DNA of 64,000 nucleotides from Octopus sinensis (GCF_006345805.1 NC_042998.1:91512001-91576000); one strand, 5' to 3'. Numbered from the stretch's first letter, positions 13,746-27,334 are shown. The notes: generated by a model from the sequence alone, not told the origin. Made by a program: numbers and translations.

Positions 13746-13915
13746 TCTTTCCTTCTGTGGCTGGCCGATTCAGAGCAGATCTCAGAATTAAACAGCCGAA
13801 ATCTGTGATGAGGAATCAGTTTCCTGACTGAAGAACGAAGGCTTTGAATGACCCGTCTGTCTCTTATGTTCGTCCCTTCATGTATTTCACATTATTTATT
13901 TATGTAAAGGTTATA
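13746..13915. mobile_element. Unclassified 170-bp insert between (TA)n tracts, probable TE terminus
   Basis: Complex, GC-richer island flanked on both sides by (TA)n; family not identified. Confidence 0.35.
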
Positions 13916-13969
13916 TTATATATATATATATATATATGTAATATATATATATATATATATATATATGTG

Positions 13970-14023
<54 letters not shown>

Positions 14024-14071
14024 ATATATATATATATATATATATACTATATATATATATATGTGTATATA

Positions 14072-14131
14072 TACTTTGATACTTTGATACTTTGATAGGT
14101 TTCAGCCATTATTGGCCCAGGCCATGTCTAA
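14072..14131 (-). mobile_element. Short CR1-group 3' end, same family as 13219-13422
   Basis: (actttgat)x3 aggtttcagccattattggcccaggccatgtctaa; one mismatch to the 13219 copy. Confidence 0.75.
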
Positions 14132-14157
14132 TATATATATGTATATATGTATATATG

Positions 14158-14231
<74 letters not shown>

Positions 14232-14274
14232 GTATATGTGTATATATATATATGTATATGTGTATATATATGTG

Positions 14275-14308
<34 letters not shown>

Positions 14309-14316
14309 TGTATATG

Positions 14317-14361
<45 letters not shown>

Positions 14362-14365
14362 GTAG

Positions 14366-14415
<50 letters not shown>

Positions 14416-14467
14416 GCATATATATATATCTATACATACATATATATATATATACATATATATACAT

Positions 14468-14670
14468 ATTAGATCGTTAGCTCCTACACGCATTTTTTTC
14501 TCTTCTTGTTTCTCTCCTTGTTTTTTTTCTGTGTATCTTTCTGTCGAAGAGCGTAGGCTCGAAACATAAAAGACTTGTTCTATTTCTATTCCTGAGCGCC
14601 ACACTAATACATTTTTTTTGTTTGTACTACACCTGCCTTTGTCTTTTGTTTATTTTCGTAAACCCTCCCG
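14468..14670 (+). mobile_element. Penelope-like pLTR fragment carrying a hammerhead-like motif at 14536-14573
   Basis: tcttt CTGTCGA A gagc gtag gctc GAAAC ATA aaaga: stem I tcttt/aaaga, stem II gagc/gctc. Flanked by (TA)n. Confidence 0.55.
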
Positions 14671-14893
14671 TTATATATATATATATATATGTATATACAT
14701 ATACATATATATATATACTTATAAATATATATATGTATAATATATATATATGTATATATATATATGTCTATATATATATGTATATATATATATATATAGA
14801 TATATGTATATATATATATGTATATATATATGATATATATATGTATATATAGATATGTATATATATGTATATATATGTATATGTATATATATG

Positions 14894-14924
<31 letters not shown>

Positions 14925-15115
14925 ATATATGTATATATATCTCTCTATATATATATGTATATATATCTCTCTCTATATATATATATGTATATATGTATAT
15001 ATATCTCTCTATATATATATGTATAATATATCTAATATATATATGTATATATATATCTATATATATATATGTATAGATATATATATATCTATCTACATAT
15101 ATCTATCTACATATC

Positions 15116-15146
<31 letters not shown>

Positions 15147-15273
15147 CTATATACATCTATATATATATATATATGTATATATATATCTATATATATCTAT
15201 ATCTATATATATATATATATAATTATATATATATATATATCTATATCTATATATATATATATCTATATCTATA

Positions 15274-15314
<41 letters not shown>

Positions 15315-15315
15315 G

Positions 15316-15353
<38 letters not shown>

Positions 15354-15413
15354 TTATATATATATATATCTATATATATATATATATAATATATATATAA
15401 TATATTATATATA

Positions 15414-15463
15414 TCCAACCCATGCTAGCATGGAGAACAGATGTTAAACGATGATGATGATGA
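15414..15463 (+). mobile_element. Very short RTE-type 3' tail
   Basis: tccaacccatgctagcatggagaacagatgttaaacgatgatgatgatgat; reverse complement resembles the tails at 23033, 26151 and 26507. Confidence 0.6.
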
Positions 15464-15484
15464 TATATATATTATATATCTATG

Positions 15485-15523
<39 letters not shown>

Positions 15524-15558
15524 GTATATATATATGTATATGTTATATATATGTATAT

Positions 15559-15589
<31 letters not shown>

Positions 15590-15647
15590 CTATGTAGATA
15601 TATATGTATATATGTATATATATATATATAATTATATATATATATAG

Positions 15648-15683
<36 letters not shown>

Positions 15684-15825
15684 TATATATATATATATGT
15701 ATATATATATGTATATATATATATCTATATGTATATATATATATATATCTATGTATATATAATATATATATGTATATATATAATATATATTATATATATA
15801 TATAGTATATATATATATATATATA

Positions 15826-15861
<36 letters not shown>

Positions 15862-15937
15862 AGGTGGTGCTATTAAGTTAGACATGGCCTGGGCCAATAA
15901 TGGCCGAAACCTATCAAAGTATCAAAGTATCAAAGTA
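15862..15937 (+). mobile_element. Short CR1-group 3' end, inverted relative to the 13219 and 14072 copies
   Basis: aggtggtgctattaagttagacatggcctgggccaataatggccgaaacct(atcaaagt)x3, the reverse complement of 13219-13286. Confidence 0.8.
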
Positions 15938-15959
15938 TATATATGTATATATATATATC

Positions 15960-15990
<31 letters not shown>

Positions 15991-16156
15991 GTATATATAT
16001 GTATGTATATAGATATATATAGATATATATACATACATACATATATATATGAATATGTAAATGCATGTATTTAAGTATTTGTATACATATATGTGTAAAC
16101 AGAAATATGTATATATATATGAATAAGTGTGTATGTGTGTGTATGTGTACATGTAT

Positions 16157-16440
16157 GAGGGCACATGGCCTAGTGGTTAGGGTGTTGCACTCACAATCAT
16201 AAGATTGTGGTTTCAATTCCTAAACTGGCTGGTGTATTGTGTTCTTAAGCAAAAACACTTCCTTTCATATCACCCTGTGATCATTTTGACACCTGGCATG
16301 TGATACACTGTGCACTCGTTCAGGCAATATAGAATTGATGGAGAGTGTGAGCTAATATCCAGCAGATACATTTGATTACTATAAACAAATCATCTGAGCA
16401 GGTTGTTCAGCAAGAAATTGGACTACGAGAGACTACCATA
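16157..16440 (+). mobile_element. Old tRNA-derived SINE
   Basis: gagggcacatggcctagtggttagggtgttgcactcac...ggtttcaattcc A/B boxes; head similar to the 30303 element. 3' end approximate. Confidence 0.6.
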
Positions 16441-17917
16441 TGTGAGGGGGTGCATGGAGGAAGATATATATATATATATATATATCTTAGACCTATATAT
16501 AGTTCTGAGATATATCACATGATTACTCTGGGCTGTGTCATTTGTGATATTCCTGGGGTCTGAGGGTATTTCATTCTTCGAACATCATCAGATCTCTTGC
16601 CCATTTTTGTCCCTGCCAGGGTTGATCACATCTTAGTTTGCATCCTAGTTGCAGCAAACTACTGGTCTGCTCTCCTTATTCAAAACCACCTAATGGCTTT
16701 CTCTGCAACTCCAGTAATGAAACGCCCCACAAAGTACTGATATCTCACTTCAGCTGTCTCACAACATGCCTGCCAGAGTTGGTTCCTGCACTGATATTTG
16801 GCAAGCTTCCTCTCATGAGCCCCCTTAGTTTATTTTTCCCCAGGGTGAAATCAGTTCCCACATGTTCATCTGTTAGATGGAATTTGAGAGTCCTATGACT
16901 AGGCTATCTGTTGTTGGTACAATGTGATCAGGGATGTAACAATTCCATGAAATCTACTCTTAGCTGGCACATAGTGATTGTGGAAGTTTTAGTGAACTGG
17001 ATTTCTTTCTGGTTTTTAGAAAAGTTATGGCCTCTTTCCTGGGCCAAATATCTGTTTATATCACCTCTGCAATCATCTTGAACACCTGGTTGTATATGTA
17101 TGTGTGTGTAGATATATGAAATGTGAATGGGCAATAACTCATTCAAAACTTTGAGAGTGCCAAGAAATGTTTGTTTATCATCTAAGCTATATATCTGTTC
17201 TTCAGCAGTTGTATTCAGGAAAACAAAGCCTAATTAATATGAAATAGCTTCAGCAGTATCAATCATAAATGCTGAATTATTTCTAAGTATGCATAAATGC
17301 TGGATTATCTCTAAGTGTGTCTGTTTGTTAGGTATTTTGAAAGAAAGTTTTGTTTGTTTCTATTTCTCTCTTGCCAGGGTTCTCTCCCATCTATCTATTA
17401 TATTTTATAGTATATACTATAAAATATATTACCATACTGAAAATGGAAATTTAGTAACATTCTCTTTTATTTGAAGTTGCATTTATATATTCACTAGATT
17501 GGCCCTGTATTAGTTGACTAACAATTTAGAAACTTTAATTTACAGTTGTAGAATACTATATCTTTAGGGTATAATTCTGGATTAAATTTTGTTTCATATT
17601 TAGTGGTATCTTTCTGTTGTATTTAACTTTACTTTTCCCTATTTCACTCACATAAACTAATAACACACTATCATTAGTGAATATTTGAGGGTGTTTTATT
17701 GGAAGATGGTATTAAAGACTGTATAGAAGGGTAGTACTGTGAGTTTGTTATTTATTGTGCTGGTAGTTTATAGCTATCAAATCCATCATTAAACTTCAAC
17801 TAATTATAGTGTTTTTATAAGCATTTGCTTTCTTCCACAAGTTAGGATCTAAATAGTGTCTAATATAAATGATTTAGGTGTCACAACAGTTGTTTGTCAA
17901 AAAATGTGTTTATTGCT

Positions 17918-17949
<32 letters not shown>

Positions 17950-18984
17950 CACTCAGGCTAAATGTTATTCAATATCATTTCAAGCATTTCATATTATTAA
18001 CGCAAACAAGTCAAACTATTTCAGTGGGGGAAAAACATACAAAATTATGCTTGTGTATATATTTATTTAATCTATATATGTACATATATATGCAAGAAGG
18101 TATTATAATATCACATGTTAGATTTTCCCTTGCTAGCATAGTTTAAATGGCTTTGCACTAAAGTGAATAGTTAATAGTGGCATAATCTTGCATACTCTTT
18201 TCTGTGAAACCCTGTGTTCTGAAAACCACCTCAGGTACTCTTCAGTACCACTTGACAACATTTTCATGCTAATCATATATCTGCCATTTGCATTAAATGC
18301 CCATGTTAATATGGCCCACACTTTTGCACACACCTGTGAATATTTCTAATACAAAACTTCTTTCTGGATCTCTTGGGTTCAGTTTTTCTTGTGAAAGGAA
18401 GGACTCTGCACATCCATCCAACTTTTCTGTCTAGCTACTGTAGAAATCTTATATTCATTGTCCATATTTTTGGTCATAATTTGCTTAATCAGGCTCAACT
18501 TGGAGCTAAAGGACCACAATAACCATCCATATGAGTAACTCCTACATGTTGTTTTTACACAGTGGTGTAAACAACAGTGCTTATATGCTCCACAAGACCA
18601 TATGAGAAGTTCACTCATGAGAACTATTGCAATATCCTGTGTTCTAACACAACATCCGTTTCTAAGTGGTGATAAATACACTTTATTACAGATTACATCA
18701 GAGAGATTTATCCATTTTGTTCTCATCCTAATTACTGTTCTTTTGCTAGATACTCCTCTAGCACAACTCGTATCACTCAGGTGGCAAATCACTACAAGCA
18801 TTATTAACATTCCTTTAATTGTTTTTCTGTAAAATAAGGTGTATATTTCTCTGTCAGTCAGAGACATCACTCTTACTCATCTGCATGCATTACATAATGT
18901 TTGAGTGTATTGGTACTGCCTGAAATGGATGTACAATATCTAAGCTCCTACTTACTCCTGTCTTGTATTTTCTACAATGCCTCT

Positions 18985-19189
18985 AGCAGGATAAAGTATA
19001 TATACATATATACATACATACACTCAAACACACATGTGTATCTGTAGATGCATATGTGAGTATACACTTATTTATATAAATACTCAAGTGTGTGCATGGA
19101 TATGTATGTGTGTGTGAATATACACTCAGACAACACATGCATACACACACGCAAACTGATGTATGAACAATCACATATGTATATATATA

Positions 19190-19235
<46 letters not shown>

Positions 19236-19297
19236 ATATATATATATATTATATATGTATATGTATATATGTATGTATATGTATATGTATATGTATA

Positions 19298-19341
<44 letters not shown>

Positions 19342-19644
19342 GTATATATATATATATAGATATATATATGTATATGTTATATATGTATGTATATATATGT
19401 ATATGTATATATGTATATGTATATAATATATGTATATATGTATAGTATATATATATGTATATAATATATATATGTATAATATCTAGTATATGTATATATA
19501 TGTTATGTATATATATATATTATATATATGTATATATATATATGTATATATATATGTATATATATGTATATATATGTATATATATATATGTATATATATA
19601 TGTATATAATATATATATATGTATATAATATATATATGTATATG

Positions 19645-19676
<32 letters not shown>

Positions 19677-19731
19677 TAGATATAATGTATATGTATATGT
19701 ATATATATATATAGATATATATGTATATATG

Positions 19732-19763
<32 letters not shown>

Positions 19764-19822
19764 GTATATGTATATTATGTATATGTATATTATGTATATA
19801 TATGTATATGTTTATATATATG

Positions 19823-19888
<66 letters not shown>

Positions 19889-19920
19889 TTCACACACACT
19901 AACACATATATATGTATGAG
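18985..19920. repeat. (TA)n/(TATG)n/(CA)n microsatellite field
   Basis: Direct inspection. Confidence 0.9.
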
Positions 19921-20449
19921 AAAGAGAGAGAAGTATACAGTTAAGATACTTACTCAATGTGTTGTTCAGTGAGCCATTATGACTGACAGCCAAACTTATT
20001 TGGCCATATGCCCATACGCATATGCACTGTTTTTTTTCTATCCTTTCTTAAGTTAGCAAATAATCTTTGTGTCATAATGGCTAAAAATACAAAATGTGTG
20101 TATTTTTGCATGAGCATATGACCAAATAAGCTTGGCTTTCAATCATGAACATCTTTCTGTACAACCCAAATCATGTGAAGGAAATTGGGTACATGGAAAA
20201 TATGGAGAAGTTCACAGGTAGAAGACTTTACTTGTGATTAATAGATCAATTTTTGCCATTGTGCTATGCTGGTTTTATCTAAAAAGTACAAATGCATGTG
20301 GAATACTTAATCACTTGCACAGTTATTCAATGAGCAGATAATTCTGTTGGTTGAAATTGATGAGAGAGTGGGTCACATACATTATCATATATTTTTCTAT
20401 TGTTTGTGAGTGTGTGTTTTATACACACAAACACACACACACATAAGTA

Positions 20450-20870
20450 CAGCCATTGGTGTGGCTTCTTAACCACTTGGTTTTGGGTTCAGTCCCTCTG
20501 CAAGCCACCTTGGGTAAATGTCTTCTACTATAGCCCTAGGCTAACCAAAGTTGATTTGGTTAATAGAAATTGAAAGAAGCCCATAATATGTGTCTGTCCA
20601 TATGCACATGTACATATGCATGTGTGTACATGAGTATATGTTTGTGTCCTTTTGCTTGACAATCTGTAATACTTGTAAAATGAGCATCACTGTCACATAT
20701 TTGACATCCTTTGTTTCCAATCTTAACCAAAAGCAAGTCCAGTCACAGGGAAATATTTCCTTGCTTGGAAACAGATAAGAGTTGGTGACAGAAAATTTGC
20801 CTCAAAAAAATCTCTCCACCCTGTGCAAGCATGGAAAAATAGGTGTTGAAATGAAATTGATGATAATGTG
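20450..20870 (+). mobile_element. Decayed tRNA-derived SINE
   Basis: gggttcagtccctctgcaagccaccttgggtaaatgtcttctactatagcc resembles the head of 45597; RTE-type tail near 20820-20865. Confidence 0.55.
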
Positions 20871-20968
20871 TGTGTGTGTGTGTGTGTGTTAATATATGTG
20901 TTATGTGCATCTCTATAATTGCATTCATAATAATGCAACAAAAATAATAATGAAAAGCTGAACATATA

Positions 20969-21093
20969 GTTCTATATTTAAGAGATGAGGAATTATGTAC
21001 ATTATTTACATTATTTACACTCGACAGATATTTGTCTTCATCTTGTTTGTTACAAACAAGATGAGGACAAATATCCGTTGAATGTAAATAATG
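20969..21093. mobile_element. Fold-back Penelope-like insertion with a 13-bp target site duplication
   Basis: agctgaacatata at 20956-20968 and 21094-21106. 42-bp inverted arms 21009-21050 and 21052-21093 (4 mismatches, 1-nt loop). Same tail family as 8387-8460. Confidence 0.8.
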
Positions 21094-22343
21094 AGCTGAA
21101 CATATATTTGACAACTCAATGATTATATTATCAATAACTGGTTATAATTTTTCTTCCCTGTCTTTGTCTTCATGTGCTATAACAAACTTTTAGCATCAAA
21201 AAATTGTTTTTTGGAGCTACCAAAAATGTTATGCTATTGACAATAGTTAGATGCAGACATGGGTTAAGGAATTCCCTTTGCAGCCATATGAATATTAGGT
21301 TGAATTCCACTGTGTGACACTTTGGACAAATGTCTTCTACCACAGCCTAGAGTTAGCCAATGCCTTGTGAATGAAATTCAGTGACTGAGATGTTCATATG
21401 TCAGCTTGTTAGACCAGTTTGTTTGAAAAAGTTGATAGGCAAAATATGAAGTCCAATTCAATGTGATCTTCACCATAAATTTAAGTCTGCTCTCATTATA
21501 GAGTAACAGCATCAGCAAACGTTCCATTATTATTTTTAAGCATATTTTAAAATAAAAAGCTTATACATGCATACATACATAAAACATACAAATCTGCTCA
21601 TACATATATACCCACCCTGTCGCTGATGTTGAAATTCCAATGAAGGAACTTTGAATCTATGTTACAAACCGGTTCTTTCTCTATTGACAAGAAATCTTGA
21701 AATAAACTGAATAATGACATACATACATAAATGTATTTCTATATGCATATACATTTTTGTCTCATTGCTTGACACTATTCGGGCTGAGGTGACATTGTTT
21801 ATGTTCTGTATTAACAAATTCTCCTGCAATTCAGCATATGCAGTTTTAATGTACTGAGACATGAAATAAAATTCTTTATCTGAAAACAAGGATTGGCATT
21901 AAGCAGAGTAGCCAATCAAAAAATGTTGTCTCGATAAATCTTGTCCAATATATGCCACAGTGGAAAAAGTGGCATAAAAATAATGAAATAATGATGAATG
22001 AAAACTATATCTAGTATAGAGACAAATATTTTGTTCCTTCAAATTAAGTAATTTAGTATATTACAAAACACCCTAATATTCTTTTAGAATAGAAAATTTA
22101 TAGATTTCATTATGCCTTTGTCTATGAACAGACCAAGATAATTTTATTTGGAATTTTTTTTCTTTTTGTGGTTTAGTATGTTGCTAGCATTTATTTCTAT
22201 TTCAACTCTGACTGAGAGCACATATGATTAAAGATATTCCAACCATGACCATCTAAGTCTACATTGTCTTGAGCACACTTCCTTTTTTTAAGATGATAGG
22301 GTATGATCCAAAGGAATTTTCGTATATATATCATATATATATA

Positions 22344-22753
22344 TACTCTTTTCTCTTTTACTCTTTTACTTGTTTCAGTCATTTGACTGCGGCCATGCTG
22401 GAGCACCGCCTTTAGTCGAGCAAATCAACCCCGGGACTTATTCTTTGTAAGCCCAGTACTTATTCTATCGGTCTCTTTTGCCGAACCGCTAAGTGACGGG
22501 GATGTAAACACACCAGCATCGGTTGTCAAGCAATGCTAGGGGGACAAACACAGACACACAAACACACACATACATATATATATATATATACATATATACG
22601 GCGGGCTTCTTTTCAGTTTCCGTCTACCAAATCCACTCACAAGGCATTGGTCGGCCTGGGGCTATAGCAGAAGACACTTGCCCAAGATGCCACACAGTGG
22701 GACTGAACCCGGAACCATGTGGTTGGTTAGCAAGCTACTTACCACACAGCCAC
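22344..22753 (-). mobile_element. Full-length young tRNA-derived SINE
   Basis: Reverse complement aligns end to end with 45597-45998 (over 90% by eye); A/B boxes at the 22753 end and (AAAGAGT)-type tail. Confidence 0.9.
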
Positions 22754-22781
22754 ATGGATATTTGCATATACATACATACAT

Positions 22782-22817
<36 letters not shown>

Positions 22818-23032
22818 TTATACATATATGTGCACTCACATGTTGTGAGTTTGATATGTATTGTTATTTAACCATGTGTTAGCTTGGATTGATCAAATGT
22901 ATGATCAAACATCCAAGCTATAACTGTGAGCATGTGGGTGTGTGTATATATATCAGCCAATTTGTTTGTTAGTCTCTTTCTCTTTCTCTTTCTCTCTCTC
23001 TCTCTCACTATATATATATATATATATATATA

Positions 23033-23330
23033 TCATCACCATCATCATCACCATTTAACATCTATTGTCCATGCTGTTGGACTGTTAGACTATGCTGGGA
23101 GGCTGCACCAGACTCCAGTCTGATTTGGCATAGTTTTCTATGGCTGAATGCCCTTCCTAATGCCAACCACTCCGAGAGTGTAATGGGTGCTTTTATGTGA
23201 CACTGGGGTACTTTTACATGCCACTGTCATGGGTGCCAATTTGCGTGACACCGGTATCTACCACAACAGTGATTTTAGTCAGCTTTATGGGTCGTCTTCT
23301 CAAACACAACATAATGCCAAAGGTCTCTGT
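23033..23330 (-). mobile_element. RTE LINE/SINE 3' UTR fragment
   Basis: (tca)n tail then gatttggcatagttttctatggctgaatgcccttcctaatgccaaccac, homologous to 26507-26650. Confidence 0.65.
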
Positions 23331-25149
23331 GAGACTCAACACATACATATATATATGCATGGCTATGCATGTGTCCAAGTGTTTCTGTCCCTTTGTCTCG
23401 ACACCACATGGTAATTGTAAAACTTAGAGATCTTTGTAATGTTTCTCTGTGTTTACCTTTGTTGATACAAATAAAGAAAAATGAAATGCAATCTGTCAAA
23501 AAAATGGCAGAAAAAAATGTATGCATTGATGCATACACGCACGCATGCACACACACACACACACACATACACACACACACCATCATGCATACATATATAC
23601 TCACTCATTTACTCATTCACACATAGCTCATATGATACAAATATGTATAACTGAGACTTGGAGACAATTAGAACTCGGCAGGCCTTGAAGAATGAGTGCA
23701 TGTCATTGATGAGGTACACAATGGAGATGAAAGGACTGATAAATTAAAGGATTAACCGATTAATTGAACAATTAAGTAGTCAGTTAATCAAGTAGTCAAT
23801 TGGTTTTACATCAGCTTCTCTCCTTTTTTACCATTCCCTCATCTCTCTCCCTAGGTTCATTGCCCACACTCTCTTCTTTCTCTTCTCCCTCTGATGTTAG
23901 AGTCACTTTAAGGCCTGGCAAGTCACAAGGCCATCATCACTAGTACTGGTGCCGTAAGAAAGGCACTCAGTAGATTCTCTTAAGTCGTTGGCATTAAGAG
24001 GGGCATCAAGCTATGGAAACTAAGCCAAAGTAGACATTGGTACTTGTCACCAGTATATGACTACTTATATAACCCTATAAGTCTGCGTGATATACATATG
24101 GGGTTAAATAGTATGTGTGTGTGTGCATGTGTATGAATATTTTTATATACATGTGTGTTTATATGCACACACACACACACATATTCAAGTGAGTGGACGA
24201 ATGAAAGAAAGGGCACTCAACTACATTTATTGGGATTTACATGTATGAAATCTGAACCAAACTGTTTTGATCCATATATATATTTGTATAGATTTTCATG
24301 TGTCACATGGACCATTGCCACCCTACTTCTTGGGCATGCTTTGCTCTTCACTAATGTGGTGTGTAATTTTGTGTGTCTATTCACTTTACAGGTCCTTCTC
24401 TTAAGCTGTTTTCCACATAGCTTGGGATTTGAGGAATCTGGGTAGAATGTTTGTGCTTTTAAAGTTATTCCATGGCTTTCTTATTACTTGGTCAAATCAT
24501 TTTATTTTCTTCCCTTTTATAGCCCTTGGTAACAGTGCATGTCATATGAATAACTTTATTCATGGAAGTTTTTCTACAGGTATCTTGAAATGATACCCCT
24601 GTAAAGACTGCATTTTGAAAACTTCTTCTCTGTTAATATATCTTGAGATATTCGGGCCCTTGTTTCTGAGGAGTAGGTTGTGACTCAGAAAATATGGGCA
24701 TTTGACTGCTTGAGTTGCTAACTGTGATCTTAACCTATTCTAAATTAGTTTTCTAAATCTTCCAAATGCCAGAGATGTTAGTAATACCTTCTCTTTTCAT
24801 GTTTTCTGATCAAACAGTTCCATACTGCCAACAAACTCTGTGACATTTTATTTCAGAACTATCATTTTTTTGCTAAGTGACAGGATTGTGTATTTTGTAC
24901 CCTTAATTTTTATACCTACTTTTTGCATATGCTTCATCTAGCTGTTAAAGTATCAATTTGTCAAAGATCACAGATATTAAGATCGTGTCATCAGCAAATC
25001 TAGTATCTATGGAGAGGGTCAGTGAGTACCAGCCTCTTATCTAAGTCTTTCACATCATTCATGTCAAACGGCAGTGGCTAGTAGGCAGCCTTCATTCAAC
25101 CCCTCATGCACTTAAACCAATCCATTAGCTGACTACCTATCACAAAATT

Positions 25150-25360
25150 TGTTTTTAATTTTGACACAAGGTCAGCAGTTATGAGAAGATAGGAAAGTTA
25201 ATTACATCAACCCAAGTGCTCAACTGCCACTTATATTATCAACCCAAAGGGTAAAAAGCAAAGCCGACCTTGATAGAATTTAAACTCAGAAAATAACACT
25301 AGAAGAAATACTACTAAGTATTTTCTCTGGCTTGTTAATGATTCTGCCAGCTCACTACCT
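25150..25360 (-). mobile_element. Decayed tRNA-derived SINE, same family as 26250-26490
   Basis: Reverse complement of gattctgccagctcactacct and gaatttaaactcagaa matches the 26250 head. Confidence 0.55.
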
Positions 25361-26249
25361 TAATAATTATAAATAATAATACACTTATCTTAAGATGCTG
25401 GGTGTGTCACAGCGACTGATTTTAACAAACATGCAGATTAAAAATAAATAATAATTAGTAGTGGTAGCAGTAGTTTTTATTACTGTAGTAAAGATGTTTT
25501 CTTATATTAACACACTGGTATTAAAAAGTAACACAACCTCAGTTAAATTTTTTATCTTTCAGTACATTTTAAAAAGTTTGTTAGTAATATCAGTAGTTAA
25601 AAAAGTAATGTATCTCTTCAAATATTAAAATTACTTATAAAATATTGATTGCATGCAATAATTTGATAAATCGATAAATTGCCAAAGAAGATATTATTGT
25701 TTGCATATTCAGAAATGAATTCATCTTTCTTTTGAAGCAGAACAATAAACATGATTTAGATATACAATTGAAAGCAATCCTCTAAATGCATTTTCAGAAT
25801 TTCGAATTCATAATCATTTTTTTTCAAAATAATTAATTGTATGAAAGATATAATTTCTGTGAGGTTTTTTAGTGCTGTTTTGTGTTTGTAAGCTGTCTGC
25901 AAAGTATTTCTTCACTTGAGTAGTTAATTCTTTTGAAAAGGAGATTGAAGTTGTAACTTTAGACTGCATCTGGAAGAGAAAAATATAAAGAAAATAATGT
26001 TTAATAAGCCAAATTAGCCAGTTAATTCTCTAGTAGTGCTTCAGCATGCTTGCTGCCCATAATACAAAACCAGTAAAAGTTATAAAGATTCTGTCACAGA
26101 TTTCAAAATTTCAACACTGAATATTTTTCCATATAAATTATATATACTATCTTCATCATCATTTAGTCTCCATATTCCATGCTGGAATGGGTTGGATGGT
26201 TTGACAGGATCCAACAAGTCAAAGGACTGTGTACATGTTCATAATATAG

Positions 26250-26490
26250 AGGGTGGCAAGCTGGCAGAATTGTTAGTACGCTGAGCATAATACTTAGCTG
26301 TATTTCACCTGCTGTTACGTTCTGAGTTCAAATTCTGCCAAGGTTGACTTTGCTTCTCATCCTTTTGGGGTTGATTAAATATGTATCAGTTACACACTGG
26401 GATCAATGTAATCAACTTAATCCCTTTGTCTGTCCTTGTTTGTCCTCTATGTTTAACCCCACTGTGGGCAATAAAGAAATAGATACATGT
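26250..26490 (+). mobile_element. tRNA-derived SINE
   Basis: ggtggcaagctggcagaattgttag...ctgagttcaaattctgcc...gtgggcaataaagaaat; lies between two RTE-type tails (26151-26240 and 26507). Confidence 0.7.
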
Positions 26491-26506
26491 ATATATAAAT
26501 ATATGT

Positions 26507-26972
26507 ATATCATCACCATCATGCTAGCATGGGTTGGATGGTTTGACATGGAGCTGTCCAGACTCTATCTATTGTGCATGGTTTCTATGACTGGATGCAC
26601 TTTCTAACACCAACCACTTAAATGGGTGTGCTGGGTGCTTTTTATGAGCCACTGACATGGGTGCATTTACACAGCACCAGCATGGGCACATTTATGCAAC
26701 ACCAGCTTGAGTGCTTTGTATGTGATACTGGCATCTGAAAGGATAAGCCTGTATGTGTGGTAGACAGAGATTTTACTTAGCTTGACACATTTTATAAAGT
26801 GCAACAAATCACCACATCTCCTGGTCTCTTGTCATTTCCCCAGTGAGGTCCAGCATCTGAAGATCTTTTCTCATCACTTTGTTCCACGTCTTCCTGGGTC
26901 TACCCCTTCCACAGGTACCCTCCATGATTAGAGCTTGACACTTCTTTATGCAGCTATCCTCATCCATATGCA
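26507..26972 (-). mobile_element. RTE-clade LINE 3' fragment (ORF C-terminus plus 3' UTR)
   Basis: Minus ORF 26809-26991 MDEDSCIKKCQALIMEGTCGRGRPRKTW..VMRKDL..LDLT.EMTRD..W is the RTE C-terminal GRGRPRKTW signature. Confidence 0.85.
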
Positions 26973-27284
26973 CACACATATACACACACACATATATGTA
27001 AATTATAATTATAAAAGTATATCTGTCTGTCTATCTATCTGTGTGTGTGTGTGTGTGACATTCTATATAATTATTGCGAAATTGATTTTATAAGTTCTTT
27101 TGATGGTCTTTCATTCAATTTTGTTATAGTAGTACGAAAAATTTGATAGTATCCTCAACAAACTGGTTGAAAAAGTGAAAATTATGCAACTAATTATTGA
27201 TTTGAATAATGTTACAGTGCTGTGTCTTTCACAATACCCCTACTTTACTATACTTTAACGACATGCTTTTCTTGACTCTTACAG

Positions 27285-27334
27285 TGGAGGAAATGGGGTT
27301 TGCTACCTTCTCTGAACAAAGAAGGTGGATTTGA
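27285..27334 (+). CDS. Possible phase-1 alternative terminal exon (V)EEMGFATFSEQRRWI*
   Basis: Branch-like tttaac, pyrimidine tract and acag at 27281-27284; open in phase 1 to TGA at 27332-27334; AATAAA at 27409 and 27483. No transcript support. Confidence 0.25.

Larger units (their letters stand above)
11740..16150. repeat. About 4.4 kb field of interrupted (TA)n/(TATG)n microsatellites with embedded TE fragments
   Basis: Direct inspection; source of the many YIYI pseudo-ORFs. Confidence 0.95.

Noticed and set aside
13746-13915. Hammerhead in this insert (tgatgaggaa...ttcc; ctgaagaacg)
   Set aside because: No GAAA follows a stem II in the right register.
15885-15912. Hammerhead in the CR1 tail (GGCC-AATAAT-GGCC-GAAAC)
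   Set aside because: No CUGANGA upstream in any of three copies and no stem I/III; better explained as the CR1 3' UTR hairpin.
18133-18870. Minus-strand ORFs (163 aa and 66 aa) as a piggyBac-like transposase remnant
   Set aside because: Only a vague NNM.GV..MD resemblance across a frameshift; no terminal inverted repeats or TTAA target seen.
10341-19993. Dozens of YIYI/CVCV ORFs, also near 4529, 46419-48027
   Set aside because: Translations of (TA)n/(TG)n microsatellites.
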